64,000 nucleotides of DNA from Auanema rhodensis (lineage: Eukaryota; Animalia; Nematoda). Position 1 is the stretch's first letter. Each line of letters starts with the position of its first letter. The notes below the pieces were generated by a model. The model saw nothing but the letters and a program-made list of their open reading frames with translations. It had not been told where the DNA came from and did no database searches. Of the stretch, positions 39,401 to 55,100 are shown in pieces. The position numbers were made by a program, and so were the translations under genes. The stretch covers positions 1,612,001-1,676,000 of the forward strand of contig OZ059898.1 of NCBI GenBank assembly GCA_964057225.1. Reading direction: 5' to 3'.

Positions 39401-42400
39401 AGCTGCGTCGATCTGTGTTATCAGATTTGCGCTAGCTTAAAAATGCACCGAGATATCAACTGATATAAGTTCACACTTATATCCTCGATTTTCACCCTGA
39501 AGATTTAATTTTTTCGTTGAATAACATTGTCCATCGTCTTTGCCTTGAAAAATGGAATCTAAAAACATCTACTTTTTGCTAAATTATTTTGAAATTTTTC
39601 GAAAAAATTTTTGTCAAAATGTTTTTGGAAGCAATGTTGAGTGTACATGGAAACTCAACATACACTAATGCATCATTTTTCAAACGATCATAACTAATTT
39701 TTGTATTAAGCGTTTCTCAATGTAGTATAGTGCATTCGATGCGGATTTTTAAGCTGCGTCGATCTGTGTTATCAGATTTGCGCTAGCTTAAAAATGCACC
39801 GAGATATCAACTGATATAAGTTCACACTTATATCCTCGATTTTGACCCTGAAGAATTAATTTTTTCGTTGAATAACATTGTCCATCGTCTTCGCCTTGAA
39901 AAAAGGAATCTAAAAACATCTACTTTTTGCTAAATTATTTTGAAATTTTTCGAAAAAATTTTTGTCAAAATGTTTTTGGAAGCAATGTTGAGTGTACATG
40001 GAAACTCAACATACACTAATGCATCATTTTTCAAACGATCATAACTAATTTTTGTATTAAGCGTTTCTCAATGTAGTATAGTGCATTCGATGCGGATTTT
40101 TAAGCTGCGTCGATCTGTGTTATCAGATTTGCGCTAGCTTAAAAATGCACCGAGATATCAACTGATATAAGTTCACACTTATATCCTCGATTTTCACCCT
40201 GAAGATTTAATTTTTTCGTTGAATAACATTGTCCATCGTCTTTGCCTTGAAAAATGGAATCTAAAAACATCTACTTTTTGCTAAATTATTTTGAAATTTT
40301 TCGAAAAAATTTTTGTCAAAATGTTTTTGGAAGCAATGTTGAGTGTACATGGAAACTCAACATACACTAATGCATCATTTTTCAAACGATCATAACTAAT
40401 TTTTGTATTAAGCGTTTCTCAATGTAGTATAGTGCATTCAATGCGGATTTTTAAGCTGCGTCGATCTGTGATATCAGATTTGCGCTAGCTTAAAAATGCA
40501 CCGAGATATCAACTGATATAAGTTCACACTTATATCCTCGATTTTCACCCTGAAGAATTAATTTTTTCGTTGAATAACATTGTCCATCGTCTTTGCCTTG
40601 AAAAAAGGAATCTAAAAACATCTACTTTTTGCTAAATTATTTTGAAATTTTTCGAAAAAATTTTTGTCAAAATGTTTTTGGAAGCAATGTTGAGTGTACA
40701 TGGAAACTCAACATACACTAATGCATCATTTTTCAAACGATCATAACTAATTTTTGTATTAAGCGTTTCTCAATGTAGTATAGTGCATTCGATGCGGATT
40801 TTCAAGCTGCGTCGATCTGTGTTATCAGATTTGCGCTAGCTTAAAAATGCACCGAGATATCAACTGATATAAGTTCACACTTATATCCTCGATTTTCACC
40901 CTGAAGATTTAATTTTTTCGTTGAATAACATTGTCCATCGTCTTTGCCTTGAAAAATGGAATCTAAAAACATCTACTTTTTGCTAAATTATTTTGAAATT
41001 TTTCGAAAAAATTTTTGTCAAAATGTTTTTGGAAGCAATGTTGTGTGTACATGGAAACTCAACATACACTAATGCATCATTTTTCAAACGATCATAACTA
41101 ATTTTTGTATTAAGCGTTTCTCAATGTAGTATAGTGCATTCGATGCGGATTTTTAAGCTGCGTCGATCTGTGTTATCAGATTTGCGCTAGCTTAAAAATG
41201 CACCGAGATATCAACTGATATAAGTTCACACTTATATCCTCGATTTTGACCCTGAAGAATTAATTTTTTCGTTGAATAACATTGTCCATCGTCTTCGCCT
41301 TGAAAAAAGGAATCTAAAAACATCTACTTTTTGCTAAATTATTTTGAAATTTTTCGAAAAAATTTTTGTCAAAATGTTTTTGGAAGCAATGTTGAGTGTA
41401 CATGGAAACTCAACATACACTAATGCATCATTTTTCAAACGATCATAACTAATTTTTGTATTAAGCGTTTCTCAATGTAGTATAGTGCATTCGATGCGGA
41501 TTTTTAAGCTGCGTCGATCTGTGTTATCAGATTTGCGCTAGCTTAAAAATGCACCGAGATATCAACTGATATAAGTTCACACTTATATCCTCGATTTTCA
41601 CCCTGAAGAATTAATTTTTTCGTTGAATAACATTGTCCATCGTCTTTGCCTTGAAAAATGGAATCTAAAAACATCTACTTTTTGCTAAATTATTTTGAAA
41701 TTTTTCGAAAAAATTTTTGTCAAAATGTTTTTGGAAGCAATGTTGTGTGTACATGGAAACTCAACATACACTAATGCATCATTTTTCAAACGATCATAAC
41801 TAATTTTTGTATTAAGCGTTTCTCAATGTAGTATAGTGCATTCGATGCGGATTTTTAAGCTGCGTCGATCTGTGTTATCAGATTTGCGCTAGCTTAAAAA
41901 TGCACCGAGATATCAACTGATATAAGTTCACACTTATATCCTCGATTTTCACCCTGAAGATTTAATTTTTTCGTTGAATAACAATGTCCATCGTCTTTGC
42001 CTTGAAAAATGGAATCTAAAAACATCTACTTTTTGCTAAATTATTTTGAAATTTTTCGAAAAAATTTTTGTCAAAATGTTTTTGGAAGCAATGTTGAGTG
42101 TACATGGAAACTCAACATACACTAATGCATCATTTTTCAAACGATCATAACTAATTTTTGTATTAAGCGTTTCTCAATGTGGTATAGTGCATTCGATGCG
42201 GATTTTTAAGCTGCGTCGATCTGTGTTATCAGATTTGCGCTAGCTTAAAAATGCACCGAGATATCAACTGATATAAGTTCACACTTATATCCTCGATTTT
42301 CACCCTGAAGAATTAATTTTTTCGTTGAATAACATTGTCCATCGTCTTTGCCTTGAAAAAAGGAATCTAAAAACATCTACTTTTTGCTAAATTATTTTGA

Positions 42401-45400
42401 AATTTTTCGAAAAAATTTTTGTCAAAATGTTTTTGGAAGCAATGTTGAGTGTACATGGAAACTCAACATACACTAATGCATCATTTTTCAAACGATCATA
42501 ACTAATTTTTGTATTAAGCGTTTCTCAATGTAGTATAGTGCATTCGATGCGGATTTTCAAGCTGCGTCGATCTGTGTTATCAGATTTGCGCTAGCTTAAA
42601 AATGCACCGAGATATCAACTGATATAAGTTCACACTTATATCCTCGATTTTCACCCTGAAGATTTAATTTTTTCGTTGAATAACATTGTCCATCGTTTTT
42701 GCCTTGAAAAAAGGAATCTAAAAACATCTACTTTTTGCTAAATTATTTTGAAATTTTTCGAAAAAATTTTTGTCAAAATGTTTTTGGAAGCAATGTTGAG
42801 TGTACATGGAAACTCAACATACACTAATGCATCATTTTTCAAACGATCATAACTAATTTTTGTATTAAGCGTTTCTCAATGTGGTATAGTGCATTCGATG
42901 CGGATTTTTAAGCTGCGTCGATCTGTGTTATCAGATTTGCGCTAGCTTAAAAATGCACCGAGATATCAACTGATATAAGTTCACACTTATATCCTCGATT
43001 TTCACCCTGAAGATTTAATTTTTTCGTTGAATAACATTGTCCATCGTCTTTGCCTTGAAAAATAAAATCTAAAAACATCTACTTTTTGCTAAATTATTTT
43101 GAAATTTTTCGAAAAAATTTTTGTCAAAATGTTTTTGGAAGCAATGTTGAGTGTACATGGAAACTCAACATACACTAATGCATCATTTTTCAAACGATCA
43201 TAACTAATTTTTGTATTAAGCGTTTCTCAATGTGGTATAGTGCATTCGATGCGGATTTTTAAGCTGCGTCGATCTGTGTTATCAGATTTGCGCTAGCTTA
43301 AAAATGCACCGAGATATAAACTGATATAAGTTCACACTTATATCCTCGATTTTGACCCTGAAGAATTAATTTTTTCGTTGAATAACATTGTCCATCGTCT
43401 TCGCCTTGAAAAAAGGAATCTAAAAACATCTACTTTTTGCTAAATTATTTTGAAATTTTTCGAAAAAATTTTTGTCAAAATGTTTTTGGAAGCAATGTTG
43501 AGTGTACATGGAAACTCAACATACACTAATGCATCATTTTTCAAACGATCATAACTAATTTTTGTATTAAGCGTTTCTCAATGTAGTATAGTGCATTCGA
43601 TGCGGATTTTTAAGCTGCGTCGATCTGTGTTATCAGATTTGCGCTAGCTTAAAAATGCACCGAGATATCAACTGATATAAGTTCACACTTATATCCTCGA
43701 TTTTCACCCTGAAGAATTAATTTTTTCGTTGAATAACATTGTCCATCGTCTTTGCCTTGAAAAATGGAATCTAAAAACATCTACTTTTTGCTAAATTATT
43801 TTGAAATTTTTCGAAAAAATTTTTGTCAAAATGTTTTTGGAAGCAATGTTGTGTGTACATGGAAACTCAACATACACTAATGCATCATTTTTCAAACGAT
43901 CATAACTAATTTTTGTATTAAGCGTTTCTCAATGTAGTATAGTGCATTCGATGCGGATTTTTAAGCTGCGTCGATCTGTGTTATCAGATTTGCGCTAGCT
44001 TAAAAATGCACCGAGATATCAACTGATATAAGTTCACACTTATATCCTCGATTTTGACCCTGAAGAATTAATTTTTTCGTTGAATAACATTGTCCATCGT
44101 CTTCGCCTTGAAAAAAGGAATCTAAAAACATCTACTTTTTGCTAAATTATTTTGAAATTTTTCGAAAAAATTTTTGTCAAAATGTTTTTGGAAGCAATGT
44201 TGAGTGTACATGGAAACTCAACATACACTAATGCATCATTTTTCAAACGATCATAACTAATTTTTGTATTAAGCGTTTCTCAATGTAGTATAGTGCATTC
44301 GATGCGGATTTTTAAGCTGCGTCGATCTGTGTTATCAGATTTGCGCTAGCTTAAAAATGCACCGAGATATCAACTGATATAAGTTCACACTTATATCCTC
44401 GATTTTCACCCTGAAGATTTAATTTTTTCGTTGAATAACAATGTCCATCGTCTTTGCCTTGAAAAATGGAATCTAAAAACATCTACTTTTTGCTAAATTA
44501 TTTTGAAATTTTTCGAAAAAATTTTTGTCAAAATGTTTTTGGAAGCAATGTTGAGTGTACATGGAAACTCAACATACACTAATGCATCATTTTTCAAACG
44601 ATCATAACTAATTTTTGTATTAAGCGTTTCTCAATGTAGTATAGTGCATTCGATGCGGATTTTTAAGCTGCGTCGATCTGTGTTATCAGATTTGCGCTAG
44701 CTTAAAAATGCACCGAGATATCAACTGATATAAGTTCACACTTATATCCTCGATTTTCACCCTGAAGAATTAATTTTTTCGTTGAATAACATTGTCCATC
44801 GTTTTTGCCTTGAAAAAAGGAATCTAAAAACATCTACTTTTTGCTAAATTATTCTGAAATTTTTCGAAAAAATTTTTGTCAAAATGTTTTTGGAAGCAAT
44901 GTTGAGTGTACATGGAAACTCAACATACACTAATGCATCATTTTTCAAACGATCATAACTAATTTTTGTATTAAGCGTTTCTCAATGTGGTATAGTGCAT
45001 TCGATGCGGATTTTTAAGCTGCGTCGATCTGTGTTATCAGATTTGCGCTAGCTTAAAAATGCACCGAGATATCAACTGATATAAGTTCACACTTATATCC
45101 TCGATTTTCACCCTGAAGAATTAATTTTTTCGTTGAATAACATTGTCCATCGTCTTTGCCTTGAAAAAAGGAATCTAAAAACATCTACTTTTTGCTAAAT
45201 TATTTTGAAATTTTTCGAAAAAATTTTTGTCAAAATGTTTTTGGAAGCAATGTTGAGTGTACATGGAAACTCAACATACACTAATGCATCATTTTTCAAA
45301 CGATCATAACTAATTTTTGTATTAAGCGTTTCTCAATGTAGTATAGTGCATTCGATGCGGATTTTCAAGCTGCGTCGATCTGTGTTATCAGATTTGCGCT

Positions 45401-48400
45401 AGCTTAAAAATGCACCGAGATATCAACTGATATAAGTTCACACTTATATCCTCGATTTTCACCCTGAAGATTTAATTTTTTCGTTGAATAACATTGTCCA
45501 TCGTTTTTGCCTTGAAAAAAGGAATCTAAAAACATCTACTTTTTGCTAAATTATTTTGAAATTTTTCGAAAAAATTTTTGTCAAAATGTTTTTGGAAGCA
45601 ATGTTGAGTGTACATGGAAACTCAACATACACTAATGCATCATTTTTCAAACGATCATAACTAATTTTTGTATTAAGCGTTTCTCAATGTGGTATAGTGC
45701 ATTCGATGCGGATTTTTAAGCTGCGTCGATCTGTGTTATCAGATTTGCGCTAGCTTAAAAATGCACCGAGATATCAACTGATATAAGTTCACACTTATAT
45801 CCTCGATTTTCACCCTGAAGATTTAATTTTTTCGTTGAATAACATTGTCCATCGTCTTTGCCTTGAAAAATAAAATCTAAAAACATCTACTTTTTGCTAA
45901 ATTATTTTGAAATTTTTCGAAAAAATTTTTGTCAAAATGTTTTTGGAAGCAATGTTGAGTGTACATGGAAACTCAACATACACTAATGCATCATTTTTCA
46001 AACGATCATAACTAATTTTTGTATTAAGCGTTTCTCAATGTGGTATAGTGCATTCGATGCGGATTTTTAAGCTGCGTCGATCTGTGTTATCAGATTTGCG
46101 CTAGCTTAAAAATGCACCGAGATATCAACTGATATAAGTTCACACTTATATCCTCGATTTTCACCCTGAAGATTTAATTTTTTCGTTGAATAACATTGTC
46201 CATCGTCTTTGCCTTGAAAAATGGAATCTAAAAACATCTACTTCTTGCTAAATTATTTTGAAATTTTTCGAAAAAATTTTTGTCAAAATGTTTTTGGAAG
46301 CAATGTTGAGTGTACATGGAAACTCAACATACACTAATGCATCATTTTTCAAACGATCATAACTAATTTTTGTATTAAGCGTTTCTCAATGTAGTATAGT
46401 GCATTCGATGCGGATTTTTAAGCTGCGTCGATCTGTGTTATCAGATTTGCGCTAGCTTAAAAATGCACCGAGATATCAACTGATATAAGTTCACACTTAT
46501 ATCCTCGATTTTCACCCTGAAGAATTAATTTTTTCGTTGAATAACATTGTCCATCGTTTTTGCCTTGAAAAAAGGAATCTAAAAACATCTACTTTTTGCT
46601 AAATTATTTTGAAATTTTTCGAAAAAATTTTTGTCAAAATGTTTTTGGAAGCAATGTTGAGTGTACATGGAAACTCAACATACACTAATGCATCATTTTT
46701 CAAACGATCATAACTAATTTTTGTATTAAGCGTTTCTCAATGTAGTATAGTGCATTCGATGCGGATTTTTAAGCTGCGTCGATCTGTGTTATCAGATTTG
46801 CGCTAGCTTAAAAATGCACCGAGATATCAACTGATATAAGTTCACACTTATATCCTCGATTTTCACCCTGAAGATTTAATTTTTTCGTTGAATAACAATG
46901 TCCATCGTCTTTGCCTTGAAAAATGGAATCTAAAAACATCTACTTTTTGCTAAATTATTTTGAAATTTTTCGAAAAAATTTTTGTCAAAATGTTTTTGGA
47001 AGCAATGTTGAGTGTACATGGAAACTCAACATACACTAATGCATCATTTTTCAAACGATCATAACTAATTTTTGTATTAAGCGTTTCTCAATGTAGTATA
47101 GTGCATTCGATGCGGATTTTTAAGCTGCGTCGATCTGTGTTATCAGATTTGCGCCAGCTTAAAAATGCACCGAGATATCAACTGATATAAGTTCACACTT
47201 ATATCCTCGATTTTCACCCTGAAGATTTAATTTTTTCGTTGAATAACATTGTCCATCGTCTTTGCCTTGAAAAATGGAATCTAAAAACATCTACTTTTTG
47301 CTAAATTATTTTGAAATTTTTCGAAAAAATTTTTGTCAAAATGTTTTTGGAAGCAATGTTGAGTGTACATGGAAACTCAACATACACTAATGCATCATTT
47401 TTCAAACGATCATAACTAATTTTTGTATTAAGCGTTTCTCAATGTAGTATAGTGCATTCAATGCGGATTTTTAAGCTGCGTCGATCTGTGATATCAGATT
47501 TGCGCTAGCTTAAAAATGCACCGAGATATCAACTGATATAAGTTCACACTTATATCCTCGATTTTCACCCTGAAGAATTAATTTTTTCGTTGAATAACAT
47601 TGTCCATCGTCTTTGCCTTGAAAAAAGGAATCTAAAAACATCTACTTTTTGCTAAATTATTTTGAAATTTTTCGAAAAAATTTTTGTCAAAATGTTTTTG
47701 GAAGCAATGTTGAGTGTACATGGAAACTCAACATACACTAATGCATCATTTTTCAAACGATCATAACTAATTTTTGTATTAAGCGTTTCTCAATGTAGTA
47801 TAGTGCATTCGATGCGGATTTTCAAGCTGCGTCGATCTGTGTTATCAGATTTGCGCTAGCTTAAAAATGCACCGAGATATCAACTGATATAAGTTCACAC
47901 TTATATCCTCGATTTTCACCCTGAAGATTTAATTTTTTCGTTGAATAACATTGTCCATCGTCTTTGCCTTGAAAAATGGAATCTAAAAACATCTACTTTT
48001 TGCTAAATTATTTTGAAATTTTTCGAAAAAATTTTTGTCAAAATGTTTTTGGAAGCAATGTTGTGTGTACATGGAAACTCAACATACACTAATGCATCAT
48101 TTTTCAAACGATCATAACTAATTTTTGTATTAAGCGTTTCTCAATGTAGTATAGTGCATTCGATGCGGATTTTTAAGCTGCGTCGATCTGTGTTATCAGA
48201 TTTGCGCTAGCTTAAAAATGCACCGAGATATCAACTGATATAAGTTCACACTTATATCCTCGATTTTGACCCTGAAGAATTAATTTTTTCGTTGAATAAC
48301 ATTGTCCATCGTCTTCGCCTTGAAAAAAGGAATCTAAAAACATCTACTTTTTGCTAAATTATTTTGAAATTTTTCGAAAAAATTTTTGTCAAAATGTTTT

Positions 48401-49133
48401 TGGAAGCAATGTTGAGTGTACATGGAAACTCAACATACACTAATGCATCATTTTTCAAACGATCATAACTAATTTTTGTATTAAGCGTTTCTCAATGTAG
48501 TATAGTGCATTCGATGCGGATTTTTAAGCTGCGTCGATCTGTGTTATCAGATTTGCGCTAGCTTAAAAATGCACCGAGATATCAACTGATATAAGTTCAC
48601 ACTTATATCCTCGATTTTCACCCTGAAGAATTAATTTTTTCGTTGAATAACATTGTCCATCGTCTTTGCCTTGAAAAATGGAATCTAAAAACATCTACTT
48701 TTTGCTAAATTATTTTGAAATTTTTCGAAAAAATTTTTGTCAAAATGTTTTTGGAAGCAATGTTGTGTGTACATGGAAACTCAACATACACTAATGCATC
48801 ATTTTTCAAACGATCATAACTAATTTTTGTATTAAGCGTTTCTCAATGTAGTATAGTGCATTCGATGCGGATTTTTAAGCTGCGTCGATCTGTGTTATCA
48901 GATTTGCGCTAGCTTAAAAATGCACCGAGATATCAACTGATATAAGTTCACACTTATATCCTCGATTTTGACCCTGAAGAATTAATTTTTTCGTTGAATA
49001 ACATTGTCCATCGTCTTCGCCTTGAAAAAAGGAATCTAAAAACATCTACTTTTTGCTAAATTATTTTGAAATTTTTCGAAAAAATTTTTGTCAAAATGTT
49101 TTTGGAAGCAATGTTGAGTGTACATGGAAACTC

Positions 49134-52100
49134 AACATACACTAATGCATCATTTTTCAAACGATCATAACTAATTTTTGTATTAAGCGTTTCTCAATGT
49201 AGTATAGTGCATTCGATGCGGATTTTTAAGCTGCGTCGATCTGTGTTATCAGATTTGCGCTAGCTTAAAAATGCACCGAGATATCAACTGATATAAGTTC
49301 ACACTTATATCCTCGATTTTCACCCTGAAGATTTAATTTTTTCGTTGAATAACAATGTCCATCGTCTTTGCCTTGAAAAATGGAATCTAAAAACATCTAC
49401 TTTTTGCTAAATTATTTTGAAATTTTTCGAAAAAATTTTTGTCAAAATGTTTTTGGAAGCAATGTTGAGTGTACATGGAAACTCAACATACACTAATGCA
49501 TCATTTTTCAAACGATCATAACTAATTTTTGTATTAAGCGTTTCTCAATGTAGTATAGTGCATTCGATGCGGATTTTTAAGCTGCGTCGATCTGTGTTAT
49601 CAGATTTGCGCTAGCTTAAAAATGCACCGAGATATCAACTGATATAAGTTCACACTTATATCCTCGATTTTCACCCTGAAGAATTAATTTTTTCGTTGAA
49701 TAACATTGTCCATCGTTTTTGCCTTGAAAAAAGGAATCTAAAAACATCTACTTTTTGCTAAATTATTTTGAAATTTTTCGAAAAAATTTTTGTCAAAATG
49801 TTTTTGGAAGCAATGTTGAGTGTACATGGAAACTCAACATACACTAATGCATCATTTTTCAAACGATCATAACTAATTTTTGTATTAAGCGTTTCTCAAT
49901 GTGGTATAGTGCATTCGATGCGGATTTTTAAGCTGCGTCGATCTGTGTTATCAGATTTGCGCTAGCTTAAAAATGCACCGAGATATCAACTGATATAAGT
50001 TCACACTTATATCCTCGATTTTCACCCTGAAGAATTAATTTTTTCGTTGAATAACATTGTCCATCGTCTTTGCCTTGAAAAAAGGAATCTAAAAACATCT
50101 ACTTTTTGCTAAATTATTTTGAAATTTTTCGAAAAAATTTTTGTCAAAATGTTTTTGGAAGCAATGTTGAGTGTACATGGAAACTCAACATACACTAATG
50201 CATCATTTTTCAAACGATCATAACTAATTTTTGTATTAAGCGTTTCTCAATGTAGTATAGTGCATTCGATGCGGATTTTCAAGCTGCGTCGATCTGTGTT
50301 ATCAGATTTGCGCTAGCTTAAAAATGCACCGAGATATCAACTGATATAAGTTCACACTTATATCCTCGATTTTCACCCTGAAGATTTAATTTTTTCGTTG
50401 AATAACATTGTCCATCGTTTTTGCCTTGAAAAAAGGAATCTAAAAACATCTACTTTTTGCTAAATTATTTTGAAATTTTTCGAAAAAATTTTTGTCAAAA
50501 TGTTTTTGGAAGCAATGTTGAGTGTACATGGAAACTCAACATACACTAATGCATCATTTTTCAAACGATCATAACTAATTTTTGTATTAAGCGTTTCTCA
50601 ATGTGGTATAGTGCATTCGATGCGGATTTTTAAGCTGCGTCGATCTGTGTTATCAGATTTGCGCTAGCTTAAAAATGCACCGAGATATCAACTGATATAA
50701 GTTCACACTTATATCCTCGATTTTCACCCTGAAGATTTAATTTTTTCGTTGAATAACATTGTCCATCGTCTTTGCCTTGAAAAATAAAATCTAAAAACAT
50801 CTACTTTTTGCTAAATTATTTTGAAATTTTTCGAAAAAATTTTTGTCAAAATGTTTTTGGAAGCAATGTTGAGTGTACATGGAAACTCAACATACACTAA
50901 TGCATCATTTTTCAAACGATCATAACTAATTTTTGTATTAAGCGTTTCTCAATGTGGTATAGTGCATTCGATGCGGATTTTTAAGCTGCGTCGATCTGTG
51001 TTATCAGATTTGCGCTAGCTTAAAAATGCACCGAGATATCAACTGATATAAGTTCACACTTATATCCTCGATTTTCACCCTGAAGATTTAATTTTTTCGT
51101 TGAATAACATTGTCCATCGTCTTTGCCTTGAAAAATGGAATCTAAAAACATCTACTTCTTGCTAAATTATTTTGAAATTTTTCGAAAAAATTTTTGTCAA
51201 AATGTTTTTGGAAGCAATGTTGAGTGTACATGGAAACTCAACATACACTAATGCATCATTTTTCAAACGATCATAACTAATTTTTGTATTAAGCGTTTCT
51301 CAATGTAGTATAGTGCATTCGATGCGGATTTTTAAGCTGCGTCGATCTGTGTTATCAGATTTGCGCTAGCTTAAAAATGCACCGAGATATCAACTGATAT
51401 AAGTTCACACTTATATCCTCGATTTTCACCCTGAAGAATTAATTTTTTCGTTGAATAACATTGTCCATCGTTTTTGCCTTGAAAAAAGGAATCTAAAAAC
51501 ATCTACTTTTTGCTAAATTATTTTGAAATTTTTCGAAAAAATTTTTGTCAAAATGTTTTTGGAAGCAATGTTGAGTGTACATGGAAACTCAACATACACT
51601 AATGCATCATTTTTCAAACGATCATAACTAATTTTTGTATTAAGCGTTTCTCAATGTAGTATAGTGCATTCGATGCGGATTTTTAAGCTGCGTCGATCTG
51701 TGTTATCAGATTTGCGCTAGCTTAAAAATGCACCGAGATATCAACTGATATAAGTTCACACTTATATCCTCGATTTTCACCCTGAAGAATTAATTTTTTC
51801 GTTGAATAACATTGTCCATCGTTTTTGCCTTGAAAAAAGGAATCTAAAAACATCTACTTTTTGCTAAATTATTTTGAAATTTTTCGAAAAAATTTTTGTC
51901 AAAATGTTTTTGGAAGCAATGTTGAGTGTACATGGAAACTCAACATACACTAATGCATCATTTTTCAAACGATCATAACTAATTTTTGTATTAAGCGTTT
52001 CTCAATGTAGTATAGTGCATTCGATGCGGATTTTTAAGCTGCGTCGATCTGTGTTATCAGATTTGCGCTAGCTTAAAAATGCACCGAGATATCAACTGAT

Positions 52101-55100
52101 ATAAGTTCACACTTATATCCTCGATTTTCACCCTGAAGAATTAATTTTTTCGTTGAATAACATTGTCCATCGTTTTTGCCTTGAAAAAAGGAATCTAAAA
52201 ACATCTACTTTTTGCTAAATTATTTTGAAATTTTTCGAAAAAATTTTTGTCAAAATGTTTTTGGAAGCAATGTTGAGTGTACATGGAAACTCAACATACA
52301 CTAATGCATCATTTTTCAAACGATCATAACTAATTTTTGTATTAAGCGTTTCTCAATGTAGTATAGTGCATTCGATGCGGATTTTTAAGCTGCGTCGATC
52401 TGTGTTATCAGATTTGCGCTAGCTTAAAAATGCACCGAGATATCAACTGATATAAGTTCACACTTATATCCTCGATTTTCACCCTGAAGATTTAATTTTT
52501 TCGTTGAATAACATTGTCCATCGTCTTTGCCTTGAAAAATGGAATCTAAAAACATCTACTTTTTGCTAAATTATTTTGAAATTTTTCGAAAAAATTTTTG
52601 TCAAAATGTTTTTGGAAGCAATGTTGAGTGTACATGGAAACTCAACATACACTAATGCATCATTTTTCAAACGATCATAACTAATTTTTGTATTAAGCGT
52701 TTCTCAATGTAGTATAGTGCATTCGATGCGGATTTTTAAGCTGCGTCGATCTGTGTTATCAGATTTGCGCTAGCTTAAAAATGCACCGAGATATCAACTG
52801 ATATAAGTTCACACTTATATCCTCGATTTTCACCCTGAAGAATTAATTTTTTCGTTGAATAACATTGTCCATCGTTTTTGCCTTGAAAAAAGGAATCTAA
52901 AAACATCTACTTTTTGCTAAATTATTTTGAAATTTTTCGAAAAAATTTTTGTCAAAATGTTTTTGGAAGCAATGTTGAGTGTACATGGAAACTCAACATA
53001 CACTAATGCATCATTTTTCAAACGATCATAACTAATTTTTGTATTAAGCGTTTCTCAATGTAGTATAGTGCATTCGATGCGGATTTTTAAGCTGCGTCGA
53101 TCTGTGTTATCAGATTTGCGCTAGCTTAAAAATGCACCGAGATATCAACTGATATAAGTTCACACTTATATCCTCGATTTTCACCCTGAAGAATTAATTT
53201 TTTCGTTGAATAACATTGTCCATCGTTTTTGCCTTGAAAAAAGGAATCTAAAAACATCTACTTTTTGCTAAATTATTTTGAAATTTTTCGAAAAAATTTT
53301 TGTCAAAATGTTTTTGGAAGCAATGTTGAGTGTACATGGAAACTCAACATACACTAATGCATCATTTTTCAAACGATCATAACTAATTTTTGTATTAAGC
53401 GTTTCTCAATGTAGTATAGTGCATTCGATGCGGATTTTTAAGCTGCGTCGATCTGTGTTATCAGATTTGCGCTAGCTTAAAAATACACCGAGATATCAAC
53501 TGATATAAGTTCACACTTATATCCTCGATTTTCACCCTGAAGAATTAATTTTTTCGTTGAATAACATTGTCCATCGTTTTTGCCTTGAAAAAAGGAATCT
53601 AAAAACATCTACTTTTTGCTAAATTATTTTGAAATTTTTCGAAAAAATTTTTGTCAAAATGTTTTTGGAAGCAATGTTGAGTGTACATGGAAACTCAACA
53701 TACACTAATGCATCATTTTTCAAACGATCATAACTAATTTTTGTATTAAGCGTTTCTCAATGTAGTATAGTGCATTCGATGCGGATTTTTAAGCTGCGTC
53801 GATCTGTGTTATCAGATTTGCGCTAGCTTAAAAATGCACCGAGATATCAACTGATATAAGTTCACACTTATATCCTCGATTTTCACCCTGAAGATTTAAT
53901 TTTTTCGTTGAATAACAATGTCCATCGTCTTTGCCTTGAAAAATGGAATCTAAAAACATCTACTTTTTGCTAAATTATTTTGAAATTTTTCGAAAAAATT
54001 TTTGTCAAAATGTTTTTGGAAGCAATGTTGAGTGTACATGGAAACTCAACATACACTAATGCATCATTTTTCAAACGATCATAACTAATTTTTGTATTAA
54101 GCGTTTCTCAATGTAGTATAGTGCATTCGATGCGGATTTTTAAGCTGCGTCGATCTGTGTTATCAGATTTGCGCTAGCTTAAAAATGCACCGAGATATCA
54201 ACTGATATAAGTTCACACTTATATCCTCGATTTTCACCCTGAAGAATTAATTTTTTCGTTGAATAACATTGTCCATCGTTTTTGCCTTGAAAAAAGGAAT
54301 CTAAAAACATCTACTTTTTGCTAAATTATTTTGAAATTTTTCGAAAAAATTTTTGTCAAAATGTTTTTGGAAGCAATGTTGAGTGTACATGGAAACTCAA
54401 CATACACTAATGCATCATTTTTCAAACGATCATAACTAATTTTTGTATTAAGCGTTTCTCAATGTGGTATAGTGCATTCGATGCGGATTTTTAAGCTGCG
54501 TCGATCTGTGTTATCAGATTTGCGCTAGCTTAAAAATGCACCGAGATATCAACTGATATAAGTTCACACTTATATCCTCGATTTTCACCCTGAAGAATTA
54601 ATTTTTTCGTTGAATAACATTGTCCATCGTCTTTGCCTTGAAAAAAGGAATCTAAAAACATCTACTTTTTGCTAAATTATTTTGAAATTTTTCGAAAAAA
54701 TTTTTGTCAAAATGTTTTTGGAAGCAATGTTGAGTGTACATGGAAACTCAACATACACTAATGCATCATTTTTCAAACGATCATAACTAATTTTTGTATT
54801 AAGCGTTTCTCAATGTAGTATAGTGCATTCGATGCGGATTTTCAAGCTGCGTCGATCTGTGTTATCAGATTTGCGCTAGCTTAAAAATGCACCGAGATAT
54901 CAACTGATATAAGTTCACACTTATATCCTCGATTTTCACCCTGAAGATTTAATTTTTTCGTTGAATAACATTGTCCATCGTTTTTGCCTTGAAAAAAGGA
55001 ATCTAAAAACATCTACTTTTTGCTAAATTATTTTGAAATTTTTCGAAAAAATTTTTGTCAAAATGTTTTTGGAAGCAATGTTGAGTGTACATGGAAACTC

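Noticed and set aside
47116-47166. Compensatory stem-improving variants (T128C in M135; A347T in M8/M169)
   Set aside because: These are singletons or doubletons and are outnumbered by stem-disrupting variants, so they are no evidence of covariation.
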